A stretch of 64,000 nt of DNA from Dicyema japonicum. Its lineage: Eukaryota > Animalia > Dicyemida. Positions 25,385 through 38,039 of the stretch are shown here, piece after piece. The notes under the pieces are model-generated. The model ran no database searches. It was not told where the DNA came from and was given only the letters and a program-made list of their open reading frames with translations. Both the position numbers and the translations under genes were made by a program. The stretch lies in NCBI GenBank assembly GCA_011109175.1, contig RDEW01000003.1:1422429-1486428 (forward strand). Direction: 5' to 3'. Position 1 is the first letter of the stretch. Every line of letters begins with the position of its first letter.

Positions 25385-26900
25385 TTGAGTGGTTGACATC
25401 TCTCCAATTATGCCTTTATCGTCCTATTGCTTTTTTAATTGCAATTTTGGATCTCAAAAGGATCGTTTCGAACTCTAAACAGGAGACTTTGTAGACGATA
25501 TTGGAAAGATAAAATTAACTTGTTGCCCTTGCAGAGATGAGGTGACGCTAATACTACTATCTTCCGACAACCGTCACTATGGAATGGAATTTCCAGTACG
25601 TTTATCAATTGGAAACCGCCTAATCAAAGTATCATCTAGAATAACCGGCAGTGTTGTCCTCGGCCGGCCGCGGAAACGAGAAGATTTTAGGACAAAATAC
25701 TCCTCCATTGCTATGTTGGCAGGGGTCCCCATATCGTGGCGGAGTATGTGTCCAAAGAGCCTCCATCTTGAATCAGTAATCTCACATGATATTGGCTCAG
25801 TTCCTGTTCTCTTGTATAAGATTTCAAACTTCTTCGATATTTTTGTCTCTTGGAGACATCCGATTGATATCTTGTATTTTGAAAGGTCTTCACAAAGTTC
25901 TTTTCTTTTCCATGCAATTTTCGTGTTTTTCAGACATACTTTTCAAAAGGGACGTCACCACCTCAACCAAAGCTGCGACCGTGATATGCAAGAAAGAATA
26001 CAAAATCGAAACATGCAGCTCTAAAAATAAATATCACTTTGTAGGGCGCAGTCACTTTTGGCAAATTGTTAAATCTTTTGATGTGAACAGGATAAAATTG
26101 TCAATGGCGATAAGGTGAAATGGTCACCCAACTATGGGTTACTATTACATTCTTTCTCGGTGTTCCTGAAGTTTTCTAAATAAAAACTAAAGTGGAAAAA
26201 ATGCCCCGAGTGGGACTCGAACCCACGACATTCGCGTTATTAGCACGACGCTCTAACCAACTGAGCTATCAGGGCTGTTAATGGTTATTTAAATTTTTTT
26301 GAATCATAATTTTTATTTCTTCCAACATCTTTGGATTGGTACAACTATAAATATCAGATAAGTTTCTTATAGACCAAATTTGATGAGTTCACTGTCTGAA
26401 TGTATACTAAAAAAGGATTTATTATCAGAGGAACTTAACATTAGTGAATTTGTTATCCAGCAGGTCATAAACATAACCACGTGTCTTCCAACATTTACTC
26501 ATATTGAAATGATATTTTCCTAAAGATTAATGTTAACCTTCAAAATCTAAAGTCCAAAATCCCAGCTACTAGAATTTTAGTGATATCCGTATTTCTTAAC
26601 ATCGACGACGAATTCGATGGGGCCTAAGTACAGTTTAAAGATTTGAAGCGAAAAAATGATAACTACTCAATTGACCACTTCAACGTTTTTAGACAAAGTG
26701 CTCCTGGTTTCCATAATCTTCACACTTTTCTCTTTTGTTCCCCAGCGACCCAAAGAGAGTCGACTTTATATCGATTTTTATTTGCTTCAATACATATTGA
26801 CTAAGGGATGTACAGTATTCGAGAAACTATCCGCACGATCAGTCTTTCACAATTCTCCCTGTTTGTTGCCAATGCGTGTGGCTCATTTAGGTTATATCTA
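25385..26900. repeat. Segmental duplication copy B
   Basis: Colinear with 20770-22480; the two tRNAs are offset by 4351 bp. Confidence 0.85.
26202..26275 (-). tRNA. trnI-AAT: tRNA-Ile, anticodon AAT (identical second copy)
   Basis: Identical 74-nt sequence to 21851-21924, with a T6 terminator. Confidence 0.95.
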
Positions 26901-26971
26901 GGGCAACCAATTACAATAATTTGCCTGATGTAGAGTCGATAGCTAACAAATAGTTAAGTGTCGTCCAGACG

Positions 26972-27100
26972 AGATCGCTTGGGTCAATGATATCGAAAGT
27001 GAGTAACGACCGTCGGAAAACCGAATGGCTGTTCCACAGGATTTCTCTGGCATTTGCCATGGGAAACAGCCACTCCATCCTATCAGCTGGATTATTTTGA
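26972..27100 (+). mobile_element. CRE-clade 3' tip, open frame to stop
   Basis: RSLGSMISKVSNDRRKTEWLFHRISLAFAMGNSHSILSAGLF*; same subfamily as 62700-62833. Confidence 0.8.
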
Positions 27101-27199
27101 TTGTCTTGTTACGAAATAAATTTTTTTTGTTTAAAAAAAGTTAAGTGCATATGTGTTTCAGTGGTAAGTTGATCTTAACACAAGTCCATTAAAGACCAG

Positions 27200-29500
27200 A
27201 GTGGAGAAGAAACATTCAACACAAACAATGGTGGAAACTTACTCAAGGAATGGATAAGGAAGGTTTAATGGTCCTCCTTGCAGTTATCCTAGGAACCGCG
27301 GAAGCATTGCTAACCTGTCTAGTCATAACCACTAAGCTAGTAACCCCTTTTGGTGGACGATATTTGTCAGTGGTGTAGATGATTGGTCTTCAATTTTTTG
27401 AGGTATCTTTTTTCACAAATGAGATCCATGGTTTCTTCTTTTTAGTAGGGTTGTAGTATCGGATAATTTTTTGGCAATGAATTATTTGTCGACTGACAGT
27501 ACAGTTGAATTAAAAAAGGTCACTTCCATATTCGGGGAAGTCATGTTATCCACATAGCCTCAGTGACGGCCAAATAAATTGTCTGGACTTTCCTGTTCAG
27601 GATGCGGAAACTACTTCGTTAAACTTTCCTAGGCTTCTGCATGCGCGCTTGATATCTGATATTGTACCTTCTGTCTCAGTCTCTGTAGAGGGATTCTTCG
27701 GATTCCTCGTAACGAAACTATAAGACGCTTTCTTTTCCAAAAACCACATAAACCATCATTAGGCATTTTCCATAAGTTATCGACAAACACCCACTTCCCT
27801 CTCACAATCTGCGGCCCGTGCCATCATCTCACGAAGTGAGCACCTTAATCGAACGATGGAGTACTTTTGACGATTCGGAATTTTACCCCAAGGATAAGAA
27901 TTTTACTACCTATTCTGTTGGAGACCCGGGTGTCCATTTTGTATCCTTTACCACATCTCTATAAACCTGATTCTATTGGAGGCTTCCCAGATGCAATCCA
28001 TCGCGTAAGTTCTTTGCAACTTAATCGCCTTATAAAAAACGAAGGCGGAATCCGTCCGATATTTCTCGGTTTTTTCTCAGGAAACTAGCTACTGGGATCG
28101 TCAGCGAAAAATCTGTTTCCGTCGTCTCACATTTTCTAAGACCTACTCAACGCTAGCTGTACATACGGGAACGTCTCCAGATTCAGACAAAGACGCAAAA
28201 AAACACCACTAAAGGTAAATACCTTGATTTGATTAGTATACACGTAATGTTTCTGGTATACAAGAAATAATGCACGAGTCTTTTCATGGTCGATTTCCAA
28301 TGCATATGAAATACTGTAGCGAGAAAACTCTTTCAGCCATAAAAGTACGGTTTGTCCAATTTAGTCTTGGATAAAGTACTTAAAAGACCTGCATGCCTAA
28401 CACTATCAAGTGCCTTCGAAATATCGACACATGTGGCTTTAGGATATTCCTTGTTTTTTGAGCGATATAAATGGCTGTCCTCACTTCAGTAAAGCAATAA
28501 TCAGTTTTTCTGTTTAGACGGAATCCCCACTGATCATTTGAAAGAAATTCACAGTCTTCGAGATTACTAGATAATTTATTAGAAACAATTCTTTCCATAA
28601 TCTTGATGGCAATGGATGTTGGGTATGCTAATCTACTCCAGAGCATCAGTACCTTGAGGACAATGAGACTGTATCGGAATCGGTTGACTGGAAGGGGATT
28701 CACTTTTTTCCTGCAGAATTTGCGCTTGGAGATTCCTCAGACACACCGCCATCAACTAGATCATCAAACGTGGATTAGAGTCAGGTAGGTTTTATTCTAT
28801 GGGAATTGAAAAAGACCCGATTCCCATTTTCACATAGTAGATCTTTCGTGTGGGACATGAGATAAGTCAACTCGTTTACTGCTTCTCTGTATTTTCTGGC
28901 CATTCCGACTTCCAAATGCTAACTCCCCAGTGCGATATTGGGAATGCAATCATGACGCGACTCAGAATCCTCCATGAACGGAGATGGTTCTCTCTGGCTA
29001 GGAATCGCCATCTTCTGGAACTGCTCAATATCTCTAGACAGTAAGTGCCTGACTTGCTTCTATCGCTTAATAAATATTGAGTCTTTCAAAAATTTTTTGA
29101 CATTGTGCAGATAAGACTAATTGGTATATATTTTCCGTATTTGATCTTGGCTTACCTTCTTCGGGATCATTAGCACAATCGTTGTCTCCCATGCAGGTGG
29201 GATATACCCAAAGCTCCACCAAGAATCAAATAATAACAAATCCACATCAATTAACGATATTTCTGCATTCTTGAAAACATTTACCGGAAGGAGCTTCTTC
29301 TTTGGATCCGACTGCCGCAAGTTCACTTCATCTAAAGAAATGGTTCCAGACTAAGGTCCTTTAAATGAAGAAACTTTCCCCCAACCACAAAATTTGTTTT
29401 TAATATCCAACGGAATAATCGACATATGATTCACTTCTTGAATTCTTACAAACTGTTCTTGTAGGTTTTCTTGTACTTTTTGTTGGATCCGAGTATCTTC
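27200..29500 (-). mobile_element. Degenerate APE-type LINE ORF2 (RT region)
   Basis: PPAWETTIVLMIPK, PTSIAIKIMERIV..LSNDQWGFR blocks with many stops and frameshifts. Confidence 0.7.
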
Positions 29501-29638
29501 TGGAAACTTGGGATTAATCTCTTCACACTTTTTTTAGTTTTCACATTTTAATTAAAATAGAGACTATCTTTAAAACAATCACCACAGGAATATGTTCCCT
29601 AATCCTATTAGAATGTCCTTTTCCACCAAAAGGATTGT

Positions 29639-29975
29639 AATAATAATAATTAAGCACTACCGCGTTGCCATAAGCACATAAAGTCCCTAGGGTTTCGCTC
29701 GTGCAGAACACACACACTTTATTTAAATAAAGAACAGTTATTATAACTAATCGTAGAGGGAGAACCAAGGAATGCTCTTCACTTCTTTGTTTTTTCTTTT
29801 TCTTGTGTGTATGTCCTTTTGATTATCCAGTTCCGCAGTGAATCTCCACTGATGACGGAGTCATTCGTCAAGCCCTTTCCGCATCGTAGATGCGTGGAAC
29901 CTTCCACCAGGTGAACAGCAGCGAGAATCGAACCCGTGACCTAAGCCACTTTAGCCCGACACCTAACCACTATGA
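29639..29975 (-). mobile_element. tRNA-derived SINE with 12-bp target-site duplication and (TAT)n tail
   Basis: TSD caaaaggattgt at 29627-29638 and 29976-29987. A-box remnant catagtgg, B-box gggttcgattc, distinct 3' tail. Confidence 0.92.
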
Positions 29976-30559
29976 CAAAAGGATTGTCTTATCAAAAATA
30001 ACTTTAAAATCTTTCAAATCGTTCTTGTTCATGAAATGGAAAACGAATTCTCCCAAGTTCCTACGTCACACTCCTGCCTTCTTGGCCGATTAAAGAGGGC
30101 AGGAATATTGAAGGGGGTAATCTAGTCTTAGGATTTATTTACAACGGAACGTTAAACTAAGAATATTTTTGTGGAACCAAGGGAAGTAACTGCAGAATGA
30201 AACCTGAAAAATTAGGTGGTGTAGAACCAAAAAACTGTAAAACCAAAATCTCAGAATCATAAGCACCAGACTTATTTATTCGTAATTGACCCTCTGAATA
30301 GTAAGATTCACAGTTGCCGTGGTGGTTGATCCTCAATAGTTTGGGGAATAGGCTTAATACCCTTTAGTAATGGAATTATTCTTTAACGTTTGCTTTACAC
30401 TGGTAGTCTTCGACTTAGAACGCTTGTAAAATATTAATCCCAATAAGCACTTAACTCCAAGTCCGTGTGGTCGACGTAGTGATCAACTGGTCAACACGTA
30501 AGAACAGGCTATGATTTATATAACGAACAAAAAAACCGCAGATAACTAATCAATCTGAG

Positions 30560-30735
30560 TTTATGGGGTTTTCCCGAGCACGTCTGAGTTTATCAGGTTA
30601 ACCGGACGCCTTGCGGGAAGCGGAAGGGTGAACCTAGAATGAAGCGATGGCTTTTTCAGAACATTGGGCTCGCGATTATGAGAGGTAATTCCCACTGCGT
30701 GCTCAGTGCCTGCAGACCATAATGGAGACCTGTCC
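30560..30735 (+). mobile_element. CRE-clade 3' tip
   Basis: EFIRLTGRLAG / GEPRMKRWLFQNIGLAIMRGNSHCVLSACRP*. Confidence 0.8.
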
Positions 30736-30975
30736 AACAACTTTACTTTTTTTTAAATATTACTTTCTAAAAACTAGTCAATTTAAGAAACCATTATTAT
30801 TAGACATAAAGTAAATGAACCAGCAACAGTAATAAAACAACAGAAATGAATAATCACATCAACTAAAAATTGTCAGTTTAACAAAAACCACAGAAATGAG
30901 TAAACAAAAACAGCTGTAGTGATGAGAGCTAAAAAATATAAAAGAAATGTTAGAATGTAATTAACAAAGTAAATA

Positions 30976-33087
30976 TTATCGACTAAGACGATAGTACAAC
31001 AAAATCGCCGTTCCTCCAATAAGTAACCCCGCTGATAAAGCAGGCAATATCCATCCATACTTACTATAAGTCGTCACAGTATCTTCAACAGGAGACTCCG
31101 CAGAAGTAAACTTTTTTAATCCCTTCTTAAAGAACTCCTTGTCATCGTCATGTGACTGCTGTTTCCTAGACCTCACAAAAGCCAGAGTCTTGTTGACATC
31201 CGCCACGTGGTCCTTAAGAAAGATGATACATAAAGACAACTTGCTCAGGCCAAGTAAGGGACCCTTCCAAAATAGTGATGGCCTCCTGATAGTAAGAGAG
31301 CTTGCAAAGGGCCTAGGGACTCAAACAAGGAATCTACAATTGCCTTCCTTCTGACGGCCTTGTAATTGTGGGGGAAGCGTTTTATCACCACTGAGGATAG
31401 AGATATCGCGGAGTTATATTTAGAGTTCTAAATTACATCCTCTGCAAACCGCCATTTCACAAGAAGCCAAATTATTCAACATTTTATATAGTAGACAGTC
31501 CACGTGCTCGAGATTCTTCACCTCGGAACTACATGATTCGAATGAGAGTGATTGCACTGCCAAATGACCCCAAAATAAACTCAATGTAATTCCTTCTAGC
31601 AGAATCAATATCATTGGCATTATAAGATGCACGTGCTACATCATTCCTGGTAGTACAAATAAAGAGAATATCCTCCTCAATCAGTTGGGAGACGGTATCC
31701 GCTAATAGGACTGATACAGAGATTTGGATGAGAGCAAACTCACTAAACTAAAACATATGAGGACAACTTAGGTGACTCACTCACAAAGTAGGACAGAGGT
31801 ACCACAAATAAGCTCACTTCCCCCATAGACATCGTCATCAAAAAGTCTTTTATGGCAGACTGGAATGAGATCACCCCAATGGTAGCACAGTAGGGAGAAC
31901 CAAATAACAGTTCCCTGTTCTCCTTGTAAAACTGAATGTCCCCAATCACAGTATTCCCCACAGCCAACTCTTTCGAGGATTCCGACTTCAGAACGATCTA
32001 CCAATAAGAGAAGGACCACCTTGTATGCGTTACCAAACAGCTCTGTGTATGTGAATCCATCGAGAGAGTTGAAGGCTACAGGAGATTCCCCAAGAGACTG
32101 TGAGAAGCCCTCACTCACACATGTCTCGGACTTTATGATATCGCAGATAACTGTAGAATGAGTGAATTTGAGGGTATCAAAGAGGGAATTGGCACATTTA
32201 TTTATTGCTGGAGGCTCTAAATCCACGTGCTGTGATTCAACAGTGGACATGTAGTCTTCTTGATTGACGGTGGCTGACTCAGGATCATCAAAATAGCTCG
32301 CAGAACCAATTTGTTCTCCCTCAGGGTGAATTCCATGAAGAACATAATCCTCTACTGAGAGGAGATTCGTCATTTGTTGTGCTTCTGAATCATCCTCACG
32401 TGGAAAATTCTGAATGTCCGCAAATAACGAGAGTTGTTCGTTTTCACATCCCCCATGTTCAATTTTAGACTCAATTCCAGCATCAGAGGACACATTGACC
32501 ACGTGCTGAGGCCAACCACCCACATCAGAATCTAAAAATTGATCACTCAAATCGATACTTATTAAATTGACCTCATTAGTCTCAGTGGTCGTGAAAAATG
32601 AATTCCATAACATTGACGGGTCATCTAATATGTCAGTCGTAGGAACACACGACACGTGATTAGATCGTTCGCCATATTCTGCAGGAATATCTGATATATT
32701 TGTAAGCATGGACTCATCAACCCTTGAGTGACAATCTGTCGAAATATCTGGATTGATGTCATATAAAGAGTCATTTCCCATAGGTTCCTGAAATTCCAGG
32801 AGGCTAAATAATTCATCAGAATGTTCCATGGTTTGAGGGGCATTTCCTGTTTCAGAGTTGTAATCGAGAATCTGAGAGATTTCTTCATATTTCGGAGTAC
32901 GTGACTGATCAGAGGAGATCCTTTGAGCCTCTTCGGCTTCCTCAGTTAAGATTCCAAGGTTTGTGTTTTCTTGGATCATTTTCTTAAGTATCTCCTCCTC
33001 AGAGACTACGTCATTGTTGAGGATGAAATCTTCACCCACATTCGAAGTGTTCGATATTTTGGAGTTAACTCTTTCGTCGCTTTTCAT
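30976..33087 (-). CDS. FKBP8: FKBP38-like protein: acidic N-terminus, FKBP-like domain, TPRs, C-terminal tail anchor
   Basis: Long D/E/S-rich exon, then ..DFLMTMSMGEV.., TPR LNNLASCE..NYKAVRRKAI|ALCKLSYYQEAITILE, basic KEFFKKGL and a terminal TM segment WILPALSAGLLIGGTAILLYYR. The domain order matches FKBP8. Confidence 0.75.
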
Positions 33088-33209
33088 TTTGTAATATGGA
33101 AACAATTCGGGTGTGCCCAAATTCGCCCGAGAACGAGATATTGTATTTTTAAATATAAATTATTATATAAATCAACGATTATTAAATAATAATTAAAAAA
33201 AACAAAAAT

Positions 33210-33375
33210 AGACACCAATGCCAAAAAGAAAGTGCTCGTCCGCAACGAATCTGTGTAGGCTCAAGGGATCAACACCGAGAAAAGATGAGAGCCTTGATCC
33301 AATTCGTCGGGATCACTTAGTTTAGTTTTTTTCGGTTTAACAGTGGTTTTTGGAATTAATTTAATTTAATTAATT
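33210..33375 (+). mobile_element. LINE 3' tip with terminal stem-loop
   Basis: gggatcacttag (33309)..agtggttt (33342), then a (TTAAT)n-like tail; same end as 51734. Confidence 0.65.
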
Positions 33376-33729
33376 CATCAGTCCTCATTTAAATCGTTTT
33401 AGAGAAATGTATCATTACTTCTTTTCGCCGCGTGACGCCATGTGGTGCTGCGTGCTTAATTGGTTCAAGTTTCTGCTTGCTTGTCTGTTCCTCCTCTCTC
33501 TTCCTATTAGAGTGGCGTCATGTGATCCACCTGTCTAGGTGACGCCCAGTGCCATGCCGGTGAAAAAGATCATTTGCTCTCTCCCACTCCACTGGAGGGG
33601 TTTCCACAACTGCAAGTATGGACGTCTTTTACTTTATGTTGATTCCGGATGGACTCTGTTTCTGTAGAAGTGGAAACTGGATGCACTTAATTAGTTGTTT
33701 ACTTTAACTTCTTTTTCAGTGTATCCGGG

Positions 33730-34241
33730 GTTAATTATTATTACCCTCAGGATCACTGAGTCAAAGAGAAAGAAATAAAAGTTCTCATCTAACTAAGTGA
33801 TCCCAGACCGACAAAGAAGAGGACGAGTCCGGCGGGGTCGAGAATCCTGAACAGCTCTTCTCATCAGACATGACATCGAGTCAAAATTTCTGTATGATTG
33901 TAGATATTTCGATAGTGTATGGAATAGAGGGCAGCTCGGTAAACTCCTCCTTTAAGAGTTTCCGTTGTAATTCGAATAAGAAATTTTCAATGGGTTGGAT
34001 TTTGTGTTCTGGTCCAATTATCATTATTGCAGTCTCCTCGATTGCGGATAGTTTCAATGAGGAGGATCGTGAAATCTGCATTGCCCATGAAGGACTTTCA
34101 TACGTCATCGTTGGTCGAATAAATTGTTCATAAATCGTGGCAAGGCCACCAGTTTGGTCTCTAAGTGTTTTTGAGAGCATTTTTAAAATTCTCATTTTCT
34201 TCAGAGCAGAAGTTACTTTGTTTTCAACATGTCGGATAAAG
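33730..34241 (-). mobile_element. LINE 3' portion, downstream of the MULE insertion
   Basis: FIRHVENKVTSALKKMRILKML..IYEQFIRPTMTYESPSW. 3' stem ggatcact/agtgatcc (33796-33803 / 33750-33757) and (TAA)n tail. Confidence 0.85.
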
Positions 34242-36888
34242 GGTTCTAGGTAAATTCATCGCCGGTAAATTCATCGCTGGTAATTTCATCGCGAGGTAAA
34301 TTCATCGCTGGTAAATTCATCGCCGGTTAATTCAAGCGACCACGTGGGTTCTTAAAAAAGAGGTCGAAATTTTGATTTTTTATATTATCATTAAAATGTA
34401 ATTTTGGAGATTAATTTGACGATATGAGTCACGTGGCCAGATCCCCAAGATAGAAGAAATTTGAAAACCTCAATTCTCCAAATAGTGTTAAATTTACTCA
34501 ACGATGTGCACCACACGTGTGTGTATTGGTTAAAGTGATAGAAAAATTATTGATTATCTTACTGATTATTGATTAATAACAAAGGTCAAACTTTAAGTGA
34601 ATATTTATGATAATATAATTTTTAGAAAACAAGTTTATGACAATTATTAACAAAAACATTGTGTTAATTTCTAAAATGCTAAATTATAGGCAATGCCTTT
34701 TAAATAGTCAAGAATTTCGCGATTATCGAAGTCATTTACAATGCGTTGAATTCTTAAAGCATTATCTCTGTATTTTTTCTTTTGTGTAGGACCTTCCCCA
34801 CCAGCAATATACTGTTCAATTTTAATTTCATTTCTTGCTTGTTCTTTCTTCAAAACATCAATAAACTTCCAAATCGTAGGATGACACGCTCCAATTAAAG
34901 AATTAAAAGAATGATGCCATCCTTCGCAAGAGTTATTCGTTTTAGGCCCAGCAACTCTCGCTGCTTCAAAACAATTCCACAATTCATGGGCAAAACGTGG
35001 ACAACGACGTACTTGACGGCGGTCGGGACGTCCTATCCAAATATCTTCTACATAATCCAGTACAGGTTGAGCTTCTTCTGGGAAACTGTTGTAATCACAC
35101 AAATGTTCAAAATAATGAACAACGTGTAATGTTGGGACAAATGCCAGCGCCGCAATCATGCGCATTTTCAGAGCGAATTCTGAATCTCTTTGATATAATA
35201 ATTGCAATCCTGTGATTGGATGCATCTAAATATGGATTGGGACAAATGAAAAAAACAGCCCTTTGTAATAGCATCAGGAAATATAATATTAAATCCATTT
35301 ATAGCTGCTTTTTCGAAATCAGTCATAATTGTCCTCGGTGATAACGATGGCTCCAATGATTTTAATTCCGAAAAAAACTTTTTTATAGCTTTCTTCCGTT
35401 CTTTTACACATTAAAATGTATATAAGTGGTAAAACATCATTATTTACTAGTCCATGAATCGTATATAATTGATTAAACAAATATGGGACTGTCTTAAAAG
35501 TACCATCCGCATACCAAAAGTTTGTAGTGGAAAGCAAATTTAGATTTTTTCTCGTTGTAAAAATTATTGTTCTGTTAACACTGTCTTCACTATCAAACAA
35601 TAGAAAAGGTTCATTGGCATAAGAGTATCTGTATTCTGGAGGTATTCTTAACTGGTCTATGTTAAGTGGATTAGGAGGAGCTTGATCTTTTGTATTTCTT
35701 GAATTTCTAATGTTTCTTTTAATTAAAGAAGCTATGGGTAGTCGGGCAGACACCTCTAGTGGCAAACCCACACACACTTCAGTCGTAATAATATGTGGAT
35801 TATCTTGTGATGCAAGAGCTCTTCTTTTTATTTCTTGAGTAATTCTCTTTGATTCGACATATGCAGCATCACCAGCATGATTGTGTTCGTTGACTCTTTT
35901 AATAATGATGTCTCCCTTGGTGTGTACTCTCGCTTTACATTTAATTTTGTAGTAGGATTCACATTTCCATAATGTGACTTTGCCATTAAATTTTTCAAAA
36001 CAGTAAATGTATCCATCTTCAAAAAGTTTTCTCTTATTTCTATCACTCATTACAAATTGCAAAGCCATGCTGTCAAGATATAAGAAATTAGCGAAAAAAT
36101 ATCACTTTATAGTAATCAATTATGATAATGACGATAAAGTACAAAAGAATTCAAGGGCATTATCACCACATTACAAAAGAATTCAAGGACATTATCACAG
36201 ATTATAAGCTACTTTATCAGTTAAAAGAAACACAATTACATGCAACCATTACTCTTGTGTTTAAGATAGAGATGAATACTGTCCTCAGCACTAAAGAAAA
36301 CTGGCAATTTTATGTTTCAATCGTCGTATATAGATGAATACTGACAGAGTTATTTATTTTATTATTTGTAAGCCACAGGCGTACAATCTTTGGTAAGCCT
36401 AGCAAAAACAGTCATTGGTAATTAATCCAAGGAGGGAACGCAAAAGAGAACGTCTGCTTGTGACAACTAAATTGATCCCGCCAATAATACATGCCAGGCA
36501 TACGTCAACTTCTGAAGAGAGGTGAAAAAATAGGTCCTCTCTTCAGTTTTCATAGGTCCTACCGTCACGGATACATGATTCCTATCGCCGAATAATCTCC
36601 AAAATCGCAATTTAACTATAATATAAAAAATCAAAATTTCGACCTCTTCTATCTAGACACCAGCCACGTGGTTCTTTGATTCAACTGGATGAATTTACCT
36701 CGCGATGAATTTACCAGCGATGAATTTACCGGCGATGAATTTACCGGCGATGAAATTACCTCGCGATGAATTTACCAGCGATGAATTTACCGCGATGAAT
36801 TTACCTCGCGATGAATTTACCTCGCGATGAATTTACCGGCGATGAATTTACCGGCGATGAATTTACCAGCGATGAATTTACGGTTACC
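34242..36888 (-). mobile_element. MULE/Mutator DNA transposon (2647 bp) with 9-bp TSD and tandem subterminal repeats
   Basis: TSD cggataaag at 34233-34241 and 36889-36897. TIRs are built of 14-16-bp units ggtaaattcatcgc (about 6 left, 13 right). Excision restores the LINE frame QGLT|FIRH. Confidence 0.95.
34671..36068 (-). CDS. FLYWCH-MULE transposase (two single-base homopolymer frameshifts)
   Basis: DGYIYC..TLWKCESYYKIKCKARVH..HNH (FLYWCH), WYADGTFKTVP..QLYTIHG, IMTDFEKA, GCFFHLSQ, RTNN-like KTNNSCEGWHH. Confidence 0.88.
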
Positions 36889-37040
36889 CGGATAAAGGTG
36901 AGTCCCTGATCAAAGGTTACTCCCAGAATCTTAGGTGTTTTGATAATAGGAATAGCTTTGTTTTTCATAAAGATTTTTGGTTAGATACAGAGCTGTCTTT
37001 TGGGTAAACAGCGTGACAGAGGACTTTGTTGCTGATGTGT
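36889..37040 (-). mobile_element. LINE portion upstream of the MULE insertion
   Basis: KIFMKNKAIPIIKTPKILGVTFDQGLT continues in frame into 34241 once the MULE and one TSD are removed. Confidence 0.85.
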
Positions 37041-37244
37041 TGGGGTTAATAAATAAATAAATCATTTTAGAAACTACTCAACCGATGAAAGCAATAAAAT
37101 AAGCATTCCACGTGGATAGGTTACTAGAATTTGATTGAATGTGATGTTTTAAACAAAATATTCTGTCACTCTTGTTAATATCCCTTACTGGTGACACTAT
37201 TTGACGAGCAATTTGCCATTTTAAAGCCCGCTTAAAACTAATTA

Positions 37245-37450
37245 AGTCGAAAGGCTAAAACTAAAAAGTATTCAGACCTCTCAATTGATGTCGCATTCAT
37301 TCCTCTCGTGGTAGAAACCTCCTGAACATTAGACTTTTATCTTCTATCTTAAGTCTAATCTCAGATTGCTCCGATGATCTCTAGACCGCTGTTGGCACCC
37401 CGGCGTATTTCCCTTGCGGTTTATAGAATGAACAGGCATCTAAATAACTG
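37245..37450 (+). mobile_element. CRE-clade 3' tip
   Basis: KAKTKKYSDLSIDVAFIPLVVETS..RRISLAVYR. Confidence 0.7.
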
Positions 37451-37499
37451 ATTATTATTAGTGGCAGAACGTAGAAATATATAAAGTTATATTTCCACA

Positions 37500-37900
37500 T
37501 GTAGGGCACCTACTAGTTTCTTCCGACTTCCTCTGTTGCATACTACACTCCTCGAGGCATCTAGATCGTCTGAAGTTTTTAGTTGTCATTTAACTTATTT
37601 CAGATCACTTTCAAGCACGGATGGAAAAGTTGTTTGCTGCCAACCATGGTATTGCTTTCCATCTGACATGAAATTGGTAAAGCATGGGGCCTGACTGCCA
37701 ATATGATAAAAATAGCTATGATACGTAATGACATGTATTCCTCAGCTTGCACTCTACCTTATTGTGTTAGTCTGTCAGTATAAATAATTCTCGTGAACCA
37801 GAGTACTTATAGCCACACATGTCCAGCTCAAGACATATTTTAATTGTCAGTCTGTTCCACACTCATCTATCGTTAACCAGTAATCTTATAGAATAGTCCT
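37500..37900 (-). mobile_element. Possible RTE-type LINE 3' remnant
   Basis: ..AGHVW.. resembles the RTE C-terminal WAGHV motif; heavily degenerate. Confidence 0.3.
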
Positions 37901-38039
37901 CCAACAATATTGATTTTTTAGCATAGAATCAAAGAAATTGTGACTTTAATAAATCATAACTAAATATTTATTAAATACAAAGAGAAGGCGAATCAATTCC
38001 GAATTTGAATATGAAGGTGATAAACCCCTCTGACACTAT

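Noticed and set aside
30560-30735. Two-copy repeat (with 8064-8145) first taken for a structured ncRNA
   Set aside because: It encodes WLFQNIGLAIMRGNSHCVLSA*, a CRE terminal motif.
36688-36885. Regular short repeat array resembling CRISPR or a minisatellite
   Set aside because: There are no unique spacers. The units mirror the inverted array at 34250-34335 and lie within TSD-bounded MULE ends.
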